Shown here: piece after piece, positions 41,929 to 55,621 of the stretch
Layout of the letters: every line of letters starts with the position of its first letter
Numbering within the stretch: position 1 is the first letter of the stretch
DNA from: Amoebidium appalachense
Lineage: Eukaryota; Protista; Ichthyosporea
Direction: 5' to 3'
DNA length: 64,000 nucleotides
Assembly: GCA_963693365.1 (NCBI GenBank)
Contig: CAVNZM010000002.1
Span: 5,720,259-5,784,258 of the forward strand
The notes under the pieces: generated by a model
Databases searched by the model: none
What the model was told of the DNA's origin: nothing
Seen by the model: only the letters and a program-made list of their open reading frames with translations
Made by a program: the position numbers and the translations under genes

Positions 41929-42352
41929 AAAAATAAAAAAAATAAACACTCATACTACACACACAAGCGGGCATATTCCTACACACACACACACGCGCGC
42001 GCGCGCGCGCGCCAGTGCGCAGGCGCGCATGCACACACACAAACACGTACCACACAGACAAACGTACACTTTTTTTTCTTTTAACAGACAGCCAGCTGCA
42101 GGAGAAAAACAAAATCATAACTCGTGTGTGCGTACCACGCAGGCATGCACACATGCATCACTGGCACCTACGCACATGTACACATGCGCACACGGACACA
42201 ACACACGCACGTGGCTCTTGGGCACGCTCACAGACCGCCGTAGGGTAATATATGCTATTCTTTGTGGTGGCCGCATGATGATGCACGCGCGCACACGAGG
42301 CACACATTCTGAATCCCTTTTTTCTCTCTCACTGATTTCTCCTCTTTCTGTA

Positions 42353-42405
<53 letters not shown>

Positions 42406-43654
42406 ACACACACACACCCTTCTCTCTCCGGATCCGCGTAATCTCTCTGGCCCAAATCGTTATCATCTGGACCATGCATCATGCGTCGTCATGCACGTAT
42501 CACCAACAACAAAACTTAAATACAAACTTTAACACACATATTACACAATACAACACACAATACAACACACATGTCACGAGAGGCACATGCATGCACGTCT
42601 GTGCTTGAAACGTAAATGCCTACACACACACACACACGCACAGACAAACACACCAGATACACACATGCACCGTTACACCATACACACATACACACGCCTT
42701 CTTCTTTGGCACACAGCACACACGTGAAATGCCATGTAAATTCGCACAATCTTACTCATTGCGTCCACACAGCTTGCACATGTGGCAAGACTGCGTTTAC
42801 TCGCACAGGTCACTACAGTGATTAGCACTGCCGATTTTGGAATGTATTGCGCATCATACGGTACATGCGGTCAAACACACCCACCTTAATAACTGATACA
42901 TACATACGTTCACACTCACCCACTTGCAATTGTACATGGCACACAAGTCGCAGACACACACACACACACACACGCACATGTTGTGCCTGATAGCTCTGCC
43001 CCAATCAAGAATTGAAGCATTGTTTAATACGAAGGGAAGAGGCCCCTGTTTTTGATGGTGTTGGAGTGAGAGGGGTCAACGGGAGGGGTAGCCAAGGGGG
43101 AGGCGGGGGGAGGGGGGGAGGGGGTGGGGGAAGGGAAGGGGGCGAGCCTCCAAGAAACAATGTCATGGAGCGAGAGGTGCGCGCCACGATCGGCAGGCCT
43201 TGGGAGCCATCTGCCTCCCCGCCCCGGGGATGGAGAGAGGGCCCCTCCCCACCGACCCTCGCTCGGAGGTAGGGTTGGGGGGAAGGACTCACCATCCCTG
43301 CGGCCAGCTAGTATTTTTATTTTATTTTATTTTTTATTTTTTTTTGAGGGAAGGGTGGGGGGGGGGGGAAGAGAGACCACCAGGGGGGACCTCAATATTT
43401 ACTACTGCCCGTGCACCCAACCAACTTTGAGCCGTAAATACGTACATAGAGGTCACTCAATTTCAACAGGTAAATTCGGGTGTAGTATCTCATGAAGGTT
43501 TCTGCGCTGTAGGACAACTTATCTGATTTACCCCCCCCCCCCCCCCCCTGCCCGCTCCTGACCTGTGGGTCCTTTATCTGGCCTGGGGGAGGTGCTTTTT
43601 TTCCTTTTTCTTCTTTCCCTCCCTCTCTTTCTCTCTCTCTCCCTCCCTCCCTCC

Positions 43655-43961
<307 letters not shown>

Positions 43962-44291
43962 AGGGGAACAAACCACGCGCCGTCCACCGTCACACGGACA
44001 CATACATTCACACATTGTGATACACAAACGCACACGTGATACACCACACACACAAAAGCATCCAGTGACAAAAAAGCACAAATTCACGTGTACGCATAGA
44101 TGTGCACATATTTTTGCACAGAAAGGTGTATAATGGGCGGGGTATTTATTTAGGCACGTGTCTGAGCACCGTAGGCCCATAAACCGTTTACCCTTTTCTT
44201 ACTAAGGCAGTGTGGGACACACACACACATACACACACACACATACACATGCACACACACAAACACACGCGCGCGCACACACACACACACA

Positions 44292-44371
<80 letters not shown>

Positions 44372-44909
44372 CGCGCGCGCGCGCACACACACCCACACAC
44401 AAACACGCGCGCACAAACGCACACACAAGTTGACTTTTTCGGTGTATTGATTTTTAATTACAGCAAAACTTTTGGAGAATTTGCTTCAAGCTAATCAGAA
44501 AAGAAATATTTCTGCTGCACTTGAACTCGTTTTTTAGTGTGCACATGGAAACCTTGCAATCCGGACTCCTCCTGATCCCTCCCCCCCCCCTCCCCCCCCC
44601 CCCCCCCCCACACACACACACCACCACCACCACCACCACCCTTCAACCCCGTTATCTTATTTTCCCGCCAGCCTCGGCTGCGGTAGCCCCTATCTATCGA
44701 TAGAAAAAAAAAAGTAGGAACATAGAATGATACTTCATTTTTTTATATTTTTTTTTAAAAAAAAAACCCTAGTTCTTAATATTATTATTATATAGTGAAT
44801 GACCCCTGTAAACAAGTAAAAAGGTAGGAAGATGAAATATAAAGCTTAAAAAAGTAGGAACAGGCCTAGGGGCAACCCTCCTAATATTTCTTGGCGTGCA
44901 CCGGCCGGA

Positions 44910-45159
44910 TTGTGAAGCCACTATTTTGTATTTATGTTTATTTTTGTTAGTTCTATATGTTTTTGGGGTTTACGCTGTTTACTCGAGGCAAAGAGAACCA
45001 GTCTCAGGTATGGGGGGGGGGGTTTTGCTCGGAATATCCCCTCAGCGGTATATCATGATCACGTACATAGATGTCGGGTGGTGACTATATATCAGGGTTT
45101 ACTTTCTCTACGAGACACCATAAAGACTACAAGGAGAAATCAATTAGTTGGGGTTCCCC

Positions 45160-45192
<33 letters not shown>

Positions 45193-45225
45193 GGGCTCCC
45201 CCTCGGGACACTCGGTATCAGCTGG

Positions 45226-45262
<37 letters not shown>

Positions 45263-47213
45263 TGTTTGTGTGTGTTTGTGTGTGTGTGTGCGCGTGCGCT
45301 ATAATTTTGTAGTGATGTGTTTCTCAAGCCAATCAATACATCTAATAAACAGGTCGTAGTTACGCGTGTTTAGTATAAAATCAAGGATGTTGTAATTTAC
45401 AGGTAGGCTATCTTTCTGGGTGTCTGTTGTGAATGTGACGTGTGTGTGTTGCGGTATTATGTGGTCTATCAAACTACATTTGGCGATACATGACCGGTTA
45501 AACTGGTGTGTGTGTGTGTTGTTTGGGCATGCAAATGATGCCACCTTATACTTATTAGATCTCCACTGTATAGCACGTGTACAGTAAAAGCGTGGTAATT
45601 GATCAATAATACCATCAGCTAGAGAAAGACCAGTTCTACAGGAAGGTAATATGTATTTAGGTGTTATACACTTGCGAGTGCCATATTTGGCAATATGGTT
45701 GAGGCGGTCAGTATATATAAAACGAGACATAAGGCTTAGTTTTTCAAGGTGTATGCTTTCATCGGGTCTAGTGTCGTGTGGTATCTTTTTCCATTTGTTA
45801 TATTGCGTGATTATCTTGTGATTGTGTACATGTTTAATAAGTAAGTGGCAGTCCAAAGTCACACACACACTATTGCGGGGTTTATTTGTATTTGTGCCCA
45901 GGGGAGAAGGGGAGAGAGAGGGGAGGAAAGAGGGGAGAGGTGAGGAGGGGACAGGTCGGATAGAGAAGAGAGGGTGGGAGGGCAAATACTTCTTTAAGCG
46001 GCTTATGTGCTTATTGAATTTCAGCGCGAGATAGGATACTCTAGCAGCTATTGGGACCAGACCATATATCGAGAGCGTTACAGGCCCAGGTTTACAACAG
46101 TTGTTAGATAGAAAGGAGGCAACTTCTGCTTCAAGGAAATTTGCCAAGGGTTTAAGCGCTCTAGTTCTCTCTTTCTTGATCCAAGCGGCGAGAAGGGGTA
46201 AACCATATTCACATGCCGGGAAGACAAAAGTGCGAATAAATGTAAGTCTAATAGAAGGATGGAGGGGTGTGTCTTTAAAAATATTAGCCGAGAAGAAAGC
46301 TAACCGCTTACGAGCCAACTCTACCCTCTTTTCGACCATATGGGGAAACATAACACCAACAGAATCAACCGGAACACCAAGATATTTGTATTCTGGAACT
46401 ATAGGTACAGGTTTAGATGATAATGTAAATGTGTGTAAATTGTTAGCTATATCAGGTACAAGAACACCACATTTGTCTATGTTAAGGATCATAAGGTTTG
46501 CCTTGCACCACTCTGACACTACATCGAACAATCTTTGCAGGCGTCTAGGGGTACGGGCAAGGAGGGACAGATCATCAGCATAGAGAAGTGCAGGCGGAAA
46601 GTTATTAATAGGGTCATCGTTTTCGGCGTAAATCTTGACAGCCAAATCATCTATAAATAGGTTAAACAAAAAGGGGCTAAGCAATGAACCCTGCAAGAGA
46701 CCTCTAGTACGAGCAAAACCATATGAAAGATGCCCATTAACCACAGCTCTACCATAGGTTTGAGACAAGAGTGCTTCTAACAGAACACCAATGCAGTGTG
46801 GTACACCCCGTGCAGCAAGCTTTTCCCATAGGAGACCAGGGGAGACAGAATCGTAAGCAGTTTTCCAATCAATAAAGCCAGCATATTGTGCACCAACTTG
46901 CATAGAATCGTGCAGTGCCATTATTTGAACATAACATGAATTGTTTTTACGAAAAGCGGATTGGCATGGGTGTATGTGAAGAATAGATTGAAACCTAGGG
47001 TGATGTGCAAATAACCTAAGTAAGCAAGCTTCAAAGAATCTACGAACAACCTGGGTTAGTGTAATGGGGCGAAAGGATGATATGGGGCCCTCAGAGTCCT
47101 TCTTAACTATGGGGATCACTATTTGCGTGCCGATTATGTATTCGTGTTTATAACCGGCACGTAAAAAATCATATAGAACTAACAAAAATCAGTATAAAAT
47201 AGTGGCTTCACAA
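44910..47213 (-). mobile_element. 2.3-kb unit bounded by imperfect ~50-bp inverted repeats and carrying a non-LTR-type RT
   Basis: Left end ttgtgaagccactatttt...atttttgttagttctatatg (44910-44959). The reverse complement is at 47170-47213, with blocks of 18 and 20 identical bp. No TSD found. Confidence 0.65.
45299..47185 (-). CDS. Non-LTR (LINE-type) reverse transcriptase, N-terminally truncated or spliced; no endonuclease domain seen
   Basis: 628 codons without a stop: IPIVKK..FRPITL, QSAFRKNNSC, IDWKTAYDSV, GLLQGSLLSPFLFNLFIDDL, LLYADDL, LNIDKC, YKYLGV, and a Cys/His-rich C-terminus (CPNNTHTHQFNRSCIAKC). No ATG before the RT core; intronless and more AT-rich than host exons. Confidence 0.92.
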   Translation of the reverse strand: MLVLYDFLRAGYKHEYIIGTQIVIPIVKKDSEGPISSFRPITLTQVVRRFFEACLLRLFAHHPRFQSILHIHPCQSAFRKNNSCYVQIMALHDSMQVGAQYAGFIDWKTAYDSVSPGLLWEKLAARGVPHCIGVLLEALLSQTYGRAVVNGHLSYGFARTRGLLQGSLLSPFLFNLFIDDLAVKIYAENDDPINNFPPALLYADDLSLLARTPRRLQRLFDVVSEWCKANLMILNIDKCGVLVPDIANNLHTFTLSSKPVPIVPEYKYLGVPVDSVGVMFPHMVEKRVELARKRLAFFSANIFKDTPLHPSIRLTFIRTFVFPACEYGLPLLAAWIKKERTRALKPLANFLEAEVASFLSNNCCKPGPVTLSIYGLVPIAARVSYLALKFNKHISRLKKYLPSHPLFSIRPVPSSPLPSFLPSLSPSPLGTNTNKPRNSVCVTLDCHLLIKHVHNHKIITQYNKWKKIPHDTRPDESIHLEKLSLMSRFIYTDRLNHIAKYGTRKCITPKYILPSCRTGLSLADGIIDQLPRFYCTRAIQWRSNKYKVASFACPNNTHTHQFNRSCIAKCSLIDHIIPQHTHVTFTTDTQKDSLPVNYNILDFILNTRNYDLFIRCIDWLEKHITTKL

Positions 47214-47236
47214 ATATACTATAGAGGTTACACGCG

Positions 47237-47577
47237 TCGAAGTTGATCCGAGCGAGGATCCAAAAATTGCCAGCGCTACATCTTCGATCGCCTAATGAAA
47301 TTATCGAACCTATCATCCGATAGAGACTCGCGGATCATGATCACGGCGCCCTCGAGCTCGGTGTTCAGAGGGCCGTGGCGTGATAGTCTCCTAGGTTTTT
47401 AGGTGTCGGAGAGGACGCAGGGAAAAATCACTCAAAGTGACTAAAGACATGGCTTTATCAAAGTGTTTGTGCCTGTGCATGTCACGGCGACCTCAATCGG
47501 GTGATAGGTTCGGTGATTTCATAGGCGGGCAAATTGGGGCCAATTGAATTTGGAATCCTCGATCGAATCAAACTCGA
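47237..47577. repeat. ~340-bp imperfect foldback with internal hairpins (MITE-like or structured RNA)
   Basis: Outer stem 47237-47269/47541-47577. Inner stem 47289-47325/47492-47527. Internal hairpins at ~47340-47384, ~47387-47412 and ~47428-47460. Confidence 0.75.
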
Positions 47578-47755
47578 TCGGCAGAAAGCGGATCGGTTAA
47601 ATTCTGCATATCGATTGGACGAAAGTCACACATGGCGCAAAGCCGTTTTGAACGCGACAACCTCAGACAAGAGCCAACTCAGTCTAACAAGCGGCTCACT
47701 TGGAGCGCATGCGCAAGTACTACATATACCTCCATATCATTCGATGCCCTGCAAA

Positions 47756-48060
47756 ATGGCCACTGCAGATCATGATCGCCCCGGTGTGTGCCCTGTGTGC
47801 CTCAAAGATTTCACATGGCCCTCGGTGATGGAAAAGCGCACAGCTATTGGGCTCATCGGGATGAGTATCAGCCGCACAAATGTGACGAGTGTAAGAACTC
47901 ATGAGCTCAGCTGGAGGCACTGCTCAACCATGGGTAAGTTGCTCATCACGGGCACGAACGCACCTGCCCATATTGCGACAAGACGTTCAAGTCCAAAACT
48001 GGAGGATATTATAGCCACTTGAGAAATAAGCATCACAAGATCCTCAAGAGTGACAAGTGA
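47756..48060 (+). pseudogene. Decayed intronless three-finger C2H2 zinc-finger gene
   Basis: MATADHDRPGVCPVCLKDFTWPSVME / frameshift near 47833 / AHSYWAHRDEYQPHKCDECKNS*AQLEALLNHG*VAHHGHERTCPYCDKTFKSKTGGYYSHLRNKHHKILKSDK*. Three CxxC..H..H units, two internal stops. Confidence 0.8.
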
Positions 48061-49514
48061 CAGCGGCGGCATGTGCTTCGGTAGGTTTTATGCCGATCAT
48101 CACGAAATTTCGAAGAACATCATAACCAAGGACGACATCTGGCTTTTAATCGTGTGTTGATAAAGTGTATAGGCATGCTTTGGACGTGAAAATCGGCAAC
48201 GGCAAGCCATTCTTGCTCTGTGAATTGATACGTCTCGATGTAAAATTTTTGATTCGAAGCAGTGAAAGATCAATATGTTGATGATCTACGGCGAAGAAAT
48301 CTTAGTGCTTTTTAACGGAAGATGTAAGAGCTTGATTTTCGTGAAATGAGTTAAGCTAGTTATGGAATTGAATGTAATATGCGTCACCGTTGTGATGTTT
48401 TTGAAGAATACTTTTGGTGGGGTGGTCAGATGTGCAGGCATTTTAAAAAGCTGAGGCCCTTTGTGGAGTACGTTGTGTGGATACTGCCTCGAGCCTTTTT
48501 TTTTTTTTTTGTAGGCGAGAATTGTTCAGTAAATTGAGGATGCATGACCGCTTATGAACCGTGTTTGAATTACTTCCATCTCTTTAGCAGCTGAATACCA
48601 GAAACTTTAATGTGAGGCTTGAAGGATTTGTGAGAATGGTGAAGAACTACTCGTAAGATGTGCCAGTAGCACACTGTGCACGTGTACGCGATGGCGACAG
48701 TGAGTCTGTATATATGCGACATTTGAGTAATGGTGAGTGCATGATGATATCTTGTGGGAAAATGACACCCGAACCTAATGGCTGCTGGATGAATAGAACA
48801 TTAAGTTATGTTTCCACATTGAATGACTGGAGAAAGCCTTTCTTTTTTATTTTACTCAATATGTGTAGGCAATAGATGAATTATTATTCCGAGCAAAATA
48901 ATCCGGTCTCAACTTTAAGAACGTGGCCCCCTGCAGTGGTGCACACACACACACGCACACACAAACACACACACACACGCACACGCACGCACACATGTAC
49001 GCACGTGTACGCACGCATGTCCGCACGTGCACACGCACGCGCACAAGCACACACACACGCACACACACACACAAACACACGTGCACACACCAGGTGCATG
49101 ATGAAGTACCACACACACTCTCCAAAGCTTGCACCACGTGCAACACCACCACACCTCTCTCCCCGAAAACCGAACCCAATCTCCATCAAACCTGCACCCA
49201 GCATCCACTCAAAGCTTGCCATTTATCTGCCTGGCCATGGACCGTCACGCCACTTGTTGTAAAACAACCCCCCCCCCCCCCCCCCCCCCCCCCCCACAAC
49301 ACACACGTGTCACACACACACACGTCACACTATCACCACCACGTGCCACGACAAAAAAAAAAAAAAAATGAAAGAAAAGGAAGGCGTGAAGAGAAAAAGA
49401 AAAAAAGAAGGAGGAGGAGGTGGCGGGAGAATAAGCTAGCAATAAAATGTGCGTAAACCCCAAGAAGAACAACAAGAAGGAGAGATGAAGGCACGTGCAC
49501 ACACACACACACGC

Positions 49515-49561
<47 letters not shown>

Positions 49562-49707
49562 TAACCTTCACCCCCTCCGTTGTCCCCTCCCTCCCCCTCC
49601 CTGGGGCGTGATCGAGGTGGGTAGGATGAATGAGTTAGAGGGAGGGTGGGGGGGATTAACACTGAAGTGTGCGGTAGAGGGGGAAGGTGTGTGTGTGTGT
49701 GTGTGGG

Positions 49708-49739
<32 letters not shown>

Positions 49740-50607
49740 AGGCAAGAGAAAGCCGCTGGAAAGCTGAAAACCAGACAAACCCCCGGAGACAGATGTGTGT
49801 GGTGGAGGCTCATACTAGTAGGGGAGGCAGGGGAGGGAGGCCGGAGGGAGGGAGGGAAGGAGGGAGGGGGGAGCCAGAAATTTAAAGGAGAGAGGAGGTC
49901 CTCCTCCGCTCCCTAACAACAAAGACCCTTCTTGCTTCAATATCCCTATTTTACGATTAGTTTTGCGGATACTCCATATTCGTCCGGATTCCCATGTTGA
50001 AATCATCAACCCATACGATCATAGAAGGCTTCGATTGTTGTTTATGTTTTGGGGCTGCCTGAAACCAGCAGGCATCATGATTCTCAGCGTCACACACGCA
50101 CATTTAAATGTGCCTGGTTCACGTGTGTGCAAATACGACATATGAAACAGTAGATACACAAATCAACCAAAAGCTTCAATAGCTCTTATCCAAGATATGC
50201 TACAATGATCAAGATCTCACAAGAATATTTTTGGACAACGTCCGTCCAAGCATGCACCCATTCTCATGACTAACATCGCAATATCACCAAACCCAATCAG
50301 TAAATATTGCATCCAATAGAAAAACGAACAAAAGCAACGGCTAATACATTCAGCATAGCAAACATACCTCATCTCACATCGTAAGAAGACAACAGGTGGG
50401 AAGAAAAATGGGGTTTGGAAAATAATAAAAAATAAATAAAAAAGGTGAGAAGAAGAGGGGGGGGGGGGGGGGGAATCGAGGCACCTTTCTGGCCACAAAT
50501 CTGTTTACACGGTCCCTGTATGCTATCAAAAACCTCACCAAACAACCACCCCCCCCCCCCCTCCCCCTCCCCCTCCCCATACATCACAACATCACACGCC
50601 TTCCCCT

Positions 50608-52955
50608 CTAGGCCGTCTTTGTGTGCTTCTTGCTGTTGGGTTTCACCTTCTTCTTTGGTGCCGGAGTTGCTGGCTCGGCCGGCCTCTTCTTCTGCCCTGC
50701 GGCCTTGACACTGATGGAGGTGGGGGCCTTGGCTTTGCCCGTCAGCCCCCCTAGGGCTTCCTCCCATGCTGCATCCGAACCCTCGATCGAGTATCTGCGT
50801 GGTGTTGGGTCAAGAGGTGACAAATATAATCAGGGAGGTACAACCACCCACATATTACGTGCCCGCACGCACACACACGAATGGACACACAATGACATAC
50901 ACACAAACACACACATATGCACCCCTCATACGCACCCACCCACCCAGACAAACAACCTCACATCCTCAAACACATGCTGCCCCACAATCCCAGGCGCGCA
51001 CACACACCCACCGACCCCCTCCCCCCCCCTCCCCCTCTCACCCACCTATCCAAACACATACAACAACTCCCCCCCCCCCCCCCCCCCCCCCCCAAAAAAA
51101 AACAAAAACAAAAAACATCCAAACCCATTCAATTCAACCCACCCACCCACCTACCTACCCCCACACCCACCTACCCACCCGCACCCACACACCTGCCCAG
51201 ATCCAGGGATGATATCAGGTCCTGCTGTCTTTTCTTCAGCTCCGCATCCGCCTCCTTTGCCGCCTCCTCCAGCTGCTGGTCCACACTCTGCTCGGCCGGC
51301 TCCATTTCAATCTCGCGCACAGGCGCCATTTCATTCTCGACCGTGCCCTCAGCAAGGGCCCGCAGGTGCTGCACGAGCTTGCGCATGGCCCGGTTGAACA
51401 TGGCTAGCAGCTGATTGGCTGGCAGCTCACATTCCTTCTGCGGTTGGATGAGGAGTGTGTCAAAAACAAACTAGGGGCATGCACGTACGTTTACGTGTGT
51501 GTGTGCACGTGCAAGCGGGTGTGCGTGGAGGGGTGGGGTGGTGGTGGTGAGGAATGACTATATTGTATGGAAAATACAACAAACAAAAGCAAACATGCAT
51601 ACAAACGAACATACATGCCCCCCCCCCCCCCCCCCCCCTAACAGGTAACAGACGAACCAGGAAACTAAACAAGCAAACACCTCACACCAACGTCAACACA
51701 TACAAGTTTACTGATACCCCTATGCCCTTGTAACAAACACTCCCACACATACGCCTATAAGACAAGACATTAAAACTGCCGCACGCACCTCCAGGTCATC
51801 TATGGTCTTATACTGCAGCCCCATGCCCAGCAGCACAGCCGCCATCAGCGCTGATAGAGCCACGGGCATCCGGCCGGTAAAATACAGCCGTGCGAGGGGG
51901 GGCAAAAGATCCGTCACGGCGTGGTAGTCTAGAAGGTTCCGTGAGTAGCTGAGAAGGCGGCGCTGGTCGTAGGCCGTGAAGAGTCCCTCCATCTCGTCAC
52001 GTGCCAATTCTGTGCGTGTGTGCGTGTGTGTGTGTGTGTGCGTGCGTGTAAGATTGGTGGAGAAGCAGTCAGAGCCCGAGCATGAAATCAAAAACACAGG
52101 AATCACCGATGGGCTCATGTATGCATAAACGAACATATCAAAAGTGGTGTGTGAACTCCAACAATATGACGAAGAATGCAGAGGAAGCACTAAAATACTC
52201 GAGCACCGGGGTGTGGTTGCCTGAATATGCTTGAATAACCAATCACATGACCACAGCTTCCACTCGAATAATGCTACCGATAGCTCTCCCAGGCCCATCT
52301 ACTCACTATTACTGTCCCCCCCCCCCCCCCCCCCCCCCCCCCACAAAACACCTCCAAAAAAATCCATATCATGATAAACCCCCCCCCCCCTCTCCCCCGG
52401 CCAACCATCCACAAAAAAAAAAAAAAAAAAAAAAAAAACATTCAAACAAACAAACAAACTTACAAACACCATAACCACACACACCCACACACACCTTTTC
52501 CTGGCTCGATGTCCCCGAGGCGTTTGCCCCTCTCCTCCAGCAGGGTCAGTGCCAGGGACGGAGCAAAGGTACGGAACTGGAACCCCAGTAGGCTGACAAA
52601 CCGCCGCCGGAAATCTGCGTGGAGAGTGTGCACGTTAGTCCGTGTGCTTATATGCGTATGAGTGTGAGTGAGTGAGTGAATGAGTGAATGAGTGAATGAG
52701 TGAGTGAGTAGTCGAGTGACCGAGTGAGTGAGTGAGTGAGTGAATGAGTGAGTGAGTAGTCGAGTGACCGAGTGAGCGGGTGAGTGAGTGAGTGAGTGAG
52801 TGAGTGAGTGAGTGAGTGAGTGAGTGAGTGAGTAGTCGAGTGAGTAGTCGAGTGACCGAGTGAGTGGGTGAGTGAGTGAGTGAGTGAGTGAGTGAACACG
52901 CGAGCATCAGATCGCTGTGTGCGTGTTTTTGCATGTCCATATTTGTGTGTGCATA

Positions 52956-53021
<66 letters not shown>

Positions 53022-54023
53022 GGGGAGGGGTTGGGTGGCCATGGGTATGTGTGTGAGTCGGTAGACATGTGCATTTGCGGGGCAGATGCGTTCACGCCGT
53101 AACAACATGTTGTGCTGATTCACCTAGTCTCAACGTGTTTGGTTAACCGGCACAAGCAGTTTGGGTGTCGGGTTTCCATTCTAAAGCAGTTTTCCATTGT
53201 TTTTAATGTCTCAGAGGTACCTGTGTCAGTCTAATGCTGCATGCGTGTAGCCGTGCGTGTATATGTGGCCTCTGTGTGTGAGTGTGAGTGTGAGTGTGAG
53301 TGTGTGTGAGTGTGTGTGTTTGTGTGTGTGTGTGTGCTTGTGTGTGTGTGTGTGTGGATGTGTGTGTTTAAACGTGCGCATGCAAGCACCCACCATTTAC
53401 GTACGACTGCAGCCACCCGTCTGCAGCCGTGGTCTCCATGTCACTAGAGTCCAGGGCTTGCAGCATGATGCACGTGTGCTCTCCAGTAAGCTCGTTCTGT
53501 GCATGCGTTCGTGGTTTAGAAATGGTCTTCCTTCTTGATTCCCTTGCCTTCATTAACCCCTAACTGACTCCCACATCCACTCAATCACTCACTAACTCCC
53601 CCCCCCCCCCCCCCCCCCCCCCCCCCGCCGCCGCCGCCCTTTTATGCTCTATCATCTGATACGGCAAGTACACAACAGCTGCATACTAATCATCCAATGT
53701 CACAGATAGATGCTGTCACAGAGGCTCTGCTATATATCTTTATCACAGGCATATGAACCCCATACCCACCATGACTACTCTTCTTTCAAATTTCAGGGAA
53801 TTCTGGGGAGGAGAGGAGATAAGGGTACTTACCGGTGTCTGCCTGAGATATACGGGGGACATTCCGGTACGTTTCCAGAATTTCAGCAGCTCCTCTGTGA
53901 GCCCATAGGCCACACCCAGCCAATGGAGTCGCTCGGCTGGTCTTTCCGTGAGCTTCGACAGGAGGGGGGGCAAATTCTTGCGCGCAGAAAGATTTTCGTG
54001 GAGAAGGTCCGCACCGTCCTCGT

Positions 54024-54078
<55 letters not shown>

Positions 54079-54705
54079 ACGCAAGAAGGGGTGGGGATTA
54101 TAAAAAATTAAAATAGAGGGAGAGTACGTTTAACTCCTGAGTGTGATAATTCCAATTTGCGACAGACAGCATAACGGGCGCATACAAAAAAGATCACATC
54201 CACAATTCATTCAACATGAGAAGTCACAAATCAGGAACCAAACTTTGGTGCAGGCAAAAACAACATCGAGCGCATTTTATCAACAAGGGGATTTCTATGT
54301 CAACAAAAAGAAATGATTTTGGATCCTTGGGCTTTTTGCTAGCTGGTTTATACCCTACCCCTCTTTGATTGGCAGGAATTAGGCAACCCAAGATGAGGCA
54401 AAAGGAAAACGAGGTTGCTCAAGGCGCAGCAAATACAAACACATGCAAGCAGATACAAACAAGACAAACCCAAGCAATCAACCCGAGAATGGGGGAAAGG
54501 GAGGGGGGAGAGAGAAACAGGGGAGGGAGAGCATATGTGCGTGTGTTGTGTTGTGTGTGTGTGTGTGTGTGGGAGAGAGAGAGGGAGGTCCCACCTTGTC
54601 CGCAGCCTTTGCTATTGGCTTGTCATCTTCAGCCAAGGATGCAATGCGACCCTGGTAGTAGTCTTGGAGCAGCTCAAGTGCACGTGACCCATAGCCCATC
54701 TGCAC

Positions 54706-54740
<35 letters not shown>

Positions 54741-55071
54741 GTGCGTGTGCAGACTCTCTGTGTGCACGAATGTATGTGCATGTTCACGTGTGTGTGTGCT
54801 TGTGTGTGTGGGCATGCATATGTGCATGTGTGCATGTGTGTGTGTGTCTCTGTGTGTGTAAATGCACGTGTCGGCGTGTGCGTACGAGTGGTAGGAGGTC
54901 TTAGTTCACCCATGTGCATATGATTTGAACATGACAGGGCAGAAATCAAAGTGAGGCAGCTTAGAAGTATACCAGGAGGCCTGAGAGAGAAGGGTTTGGG
55001 GAGGGCACTCAGGCCAAGGGGGGGGAGGGGGAAGTACCCAACAAAAAAGAGGAGGGGGTGGTGGTGGTGGT

Positions 55072-55106
<35 letters not shown>

Positions 55107-55287
55107 TTCAAATAAAACACACAGAACGCCATGACGTAGGCCAGGCACGCTAAAAGAAACGTGTAGGCAGGAGATTCTTGAACGAAGCTTATCAAAAGGG
55201 GGTTCCCATGCCTCCACATGGAGTCCGATACCCTAACCGACGAAGCAAGGCAAATGTGTCTGCTAACCCCCCCCCCCCCCCCCCCAA

Positions 55288-55321
<34 letters not shown>

Positions 55322-55582
55322 CAAGGGGCGGACACAGTACCTTTTGGTATGCCGGGTGGGTGGCAATACGGACCACTCGGGCACCAGACAGGGAGGCAAA
55401 TTCGTTGTCTTGGAACTGGGGGGAAGGGGGGAGGGTTAGAATGCATTAAAGAGTACAAAGTACCCATTCATGACGAACAGCACCATGCCGAGTGCAAAGC
55501 AAACATAAGAGTATGCATCATAGTTGACCCATCCTCATTCCGCAGGGGGCCACCAAGGCATCCACAGTGCCCGAGTTTCGAA

Positions 55583-55621
<39 letters not shown>

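Noticed and set aside
53085-53130. SNORD13/U13-like guide (ttgttacg) inside NAT10
   Set aside because: Only an 8-nt match, with no C or D boxes around it.
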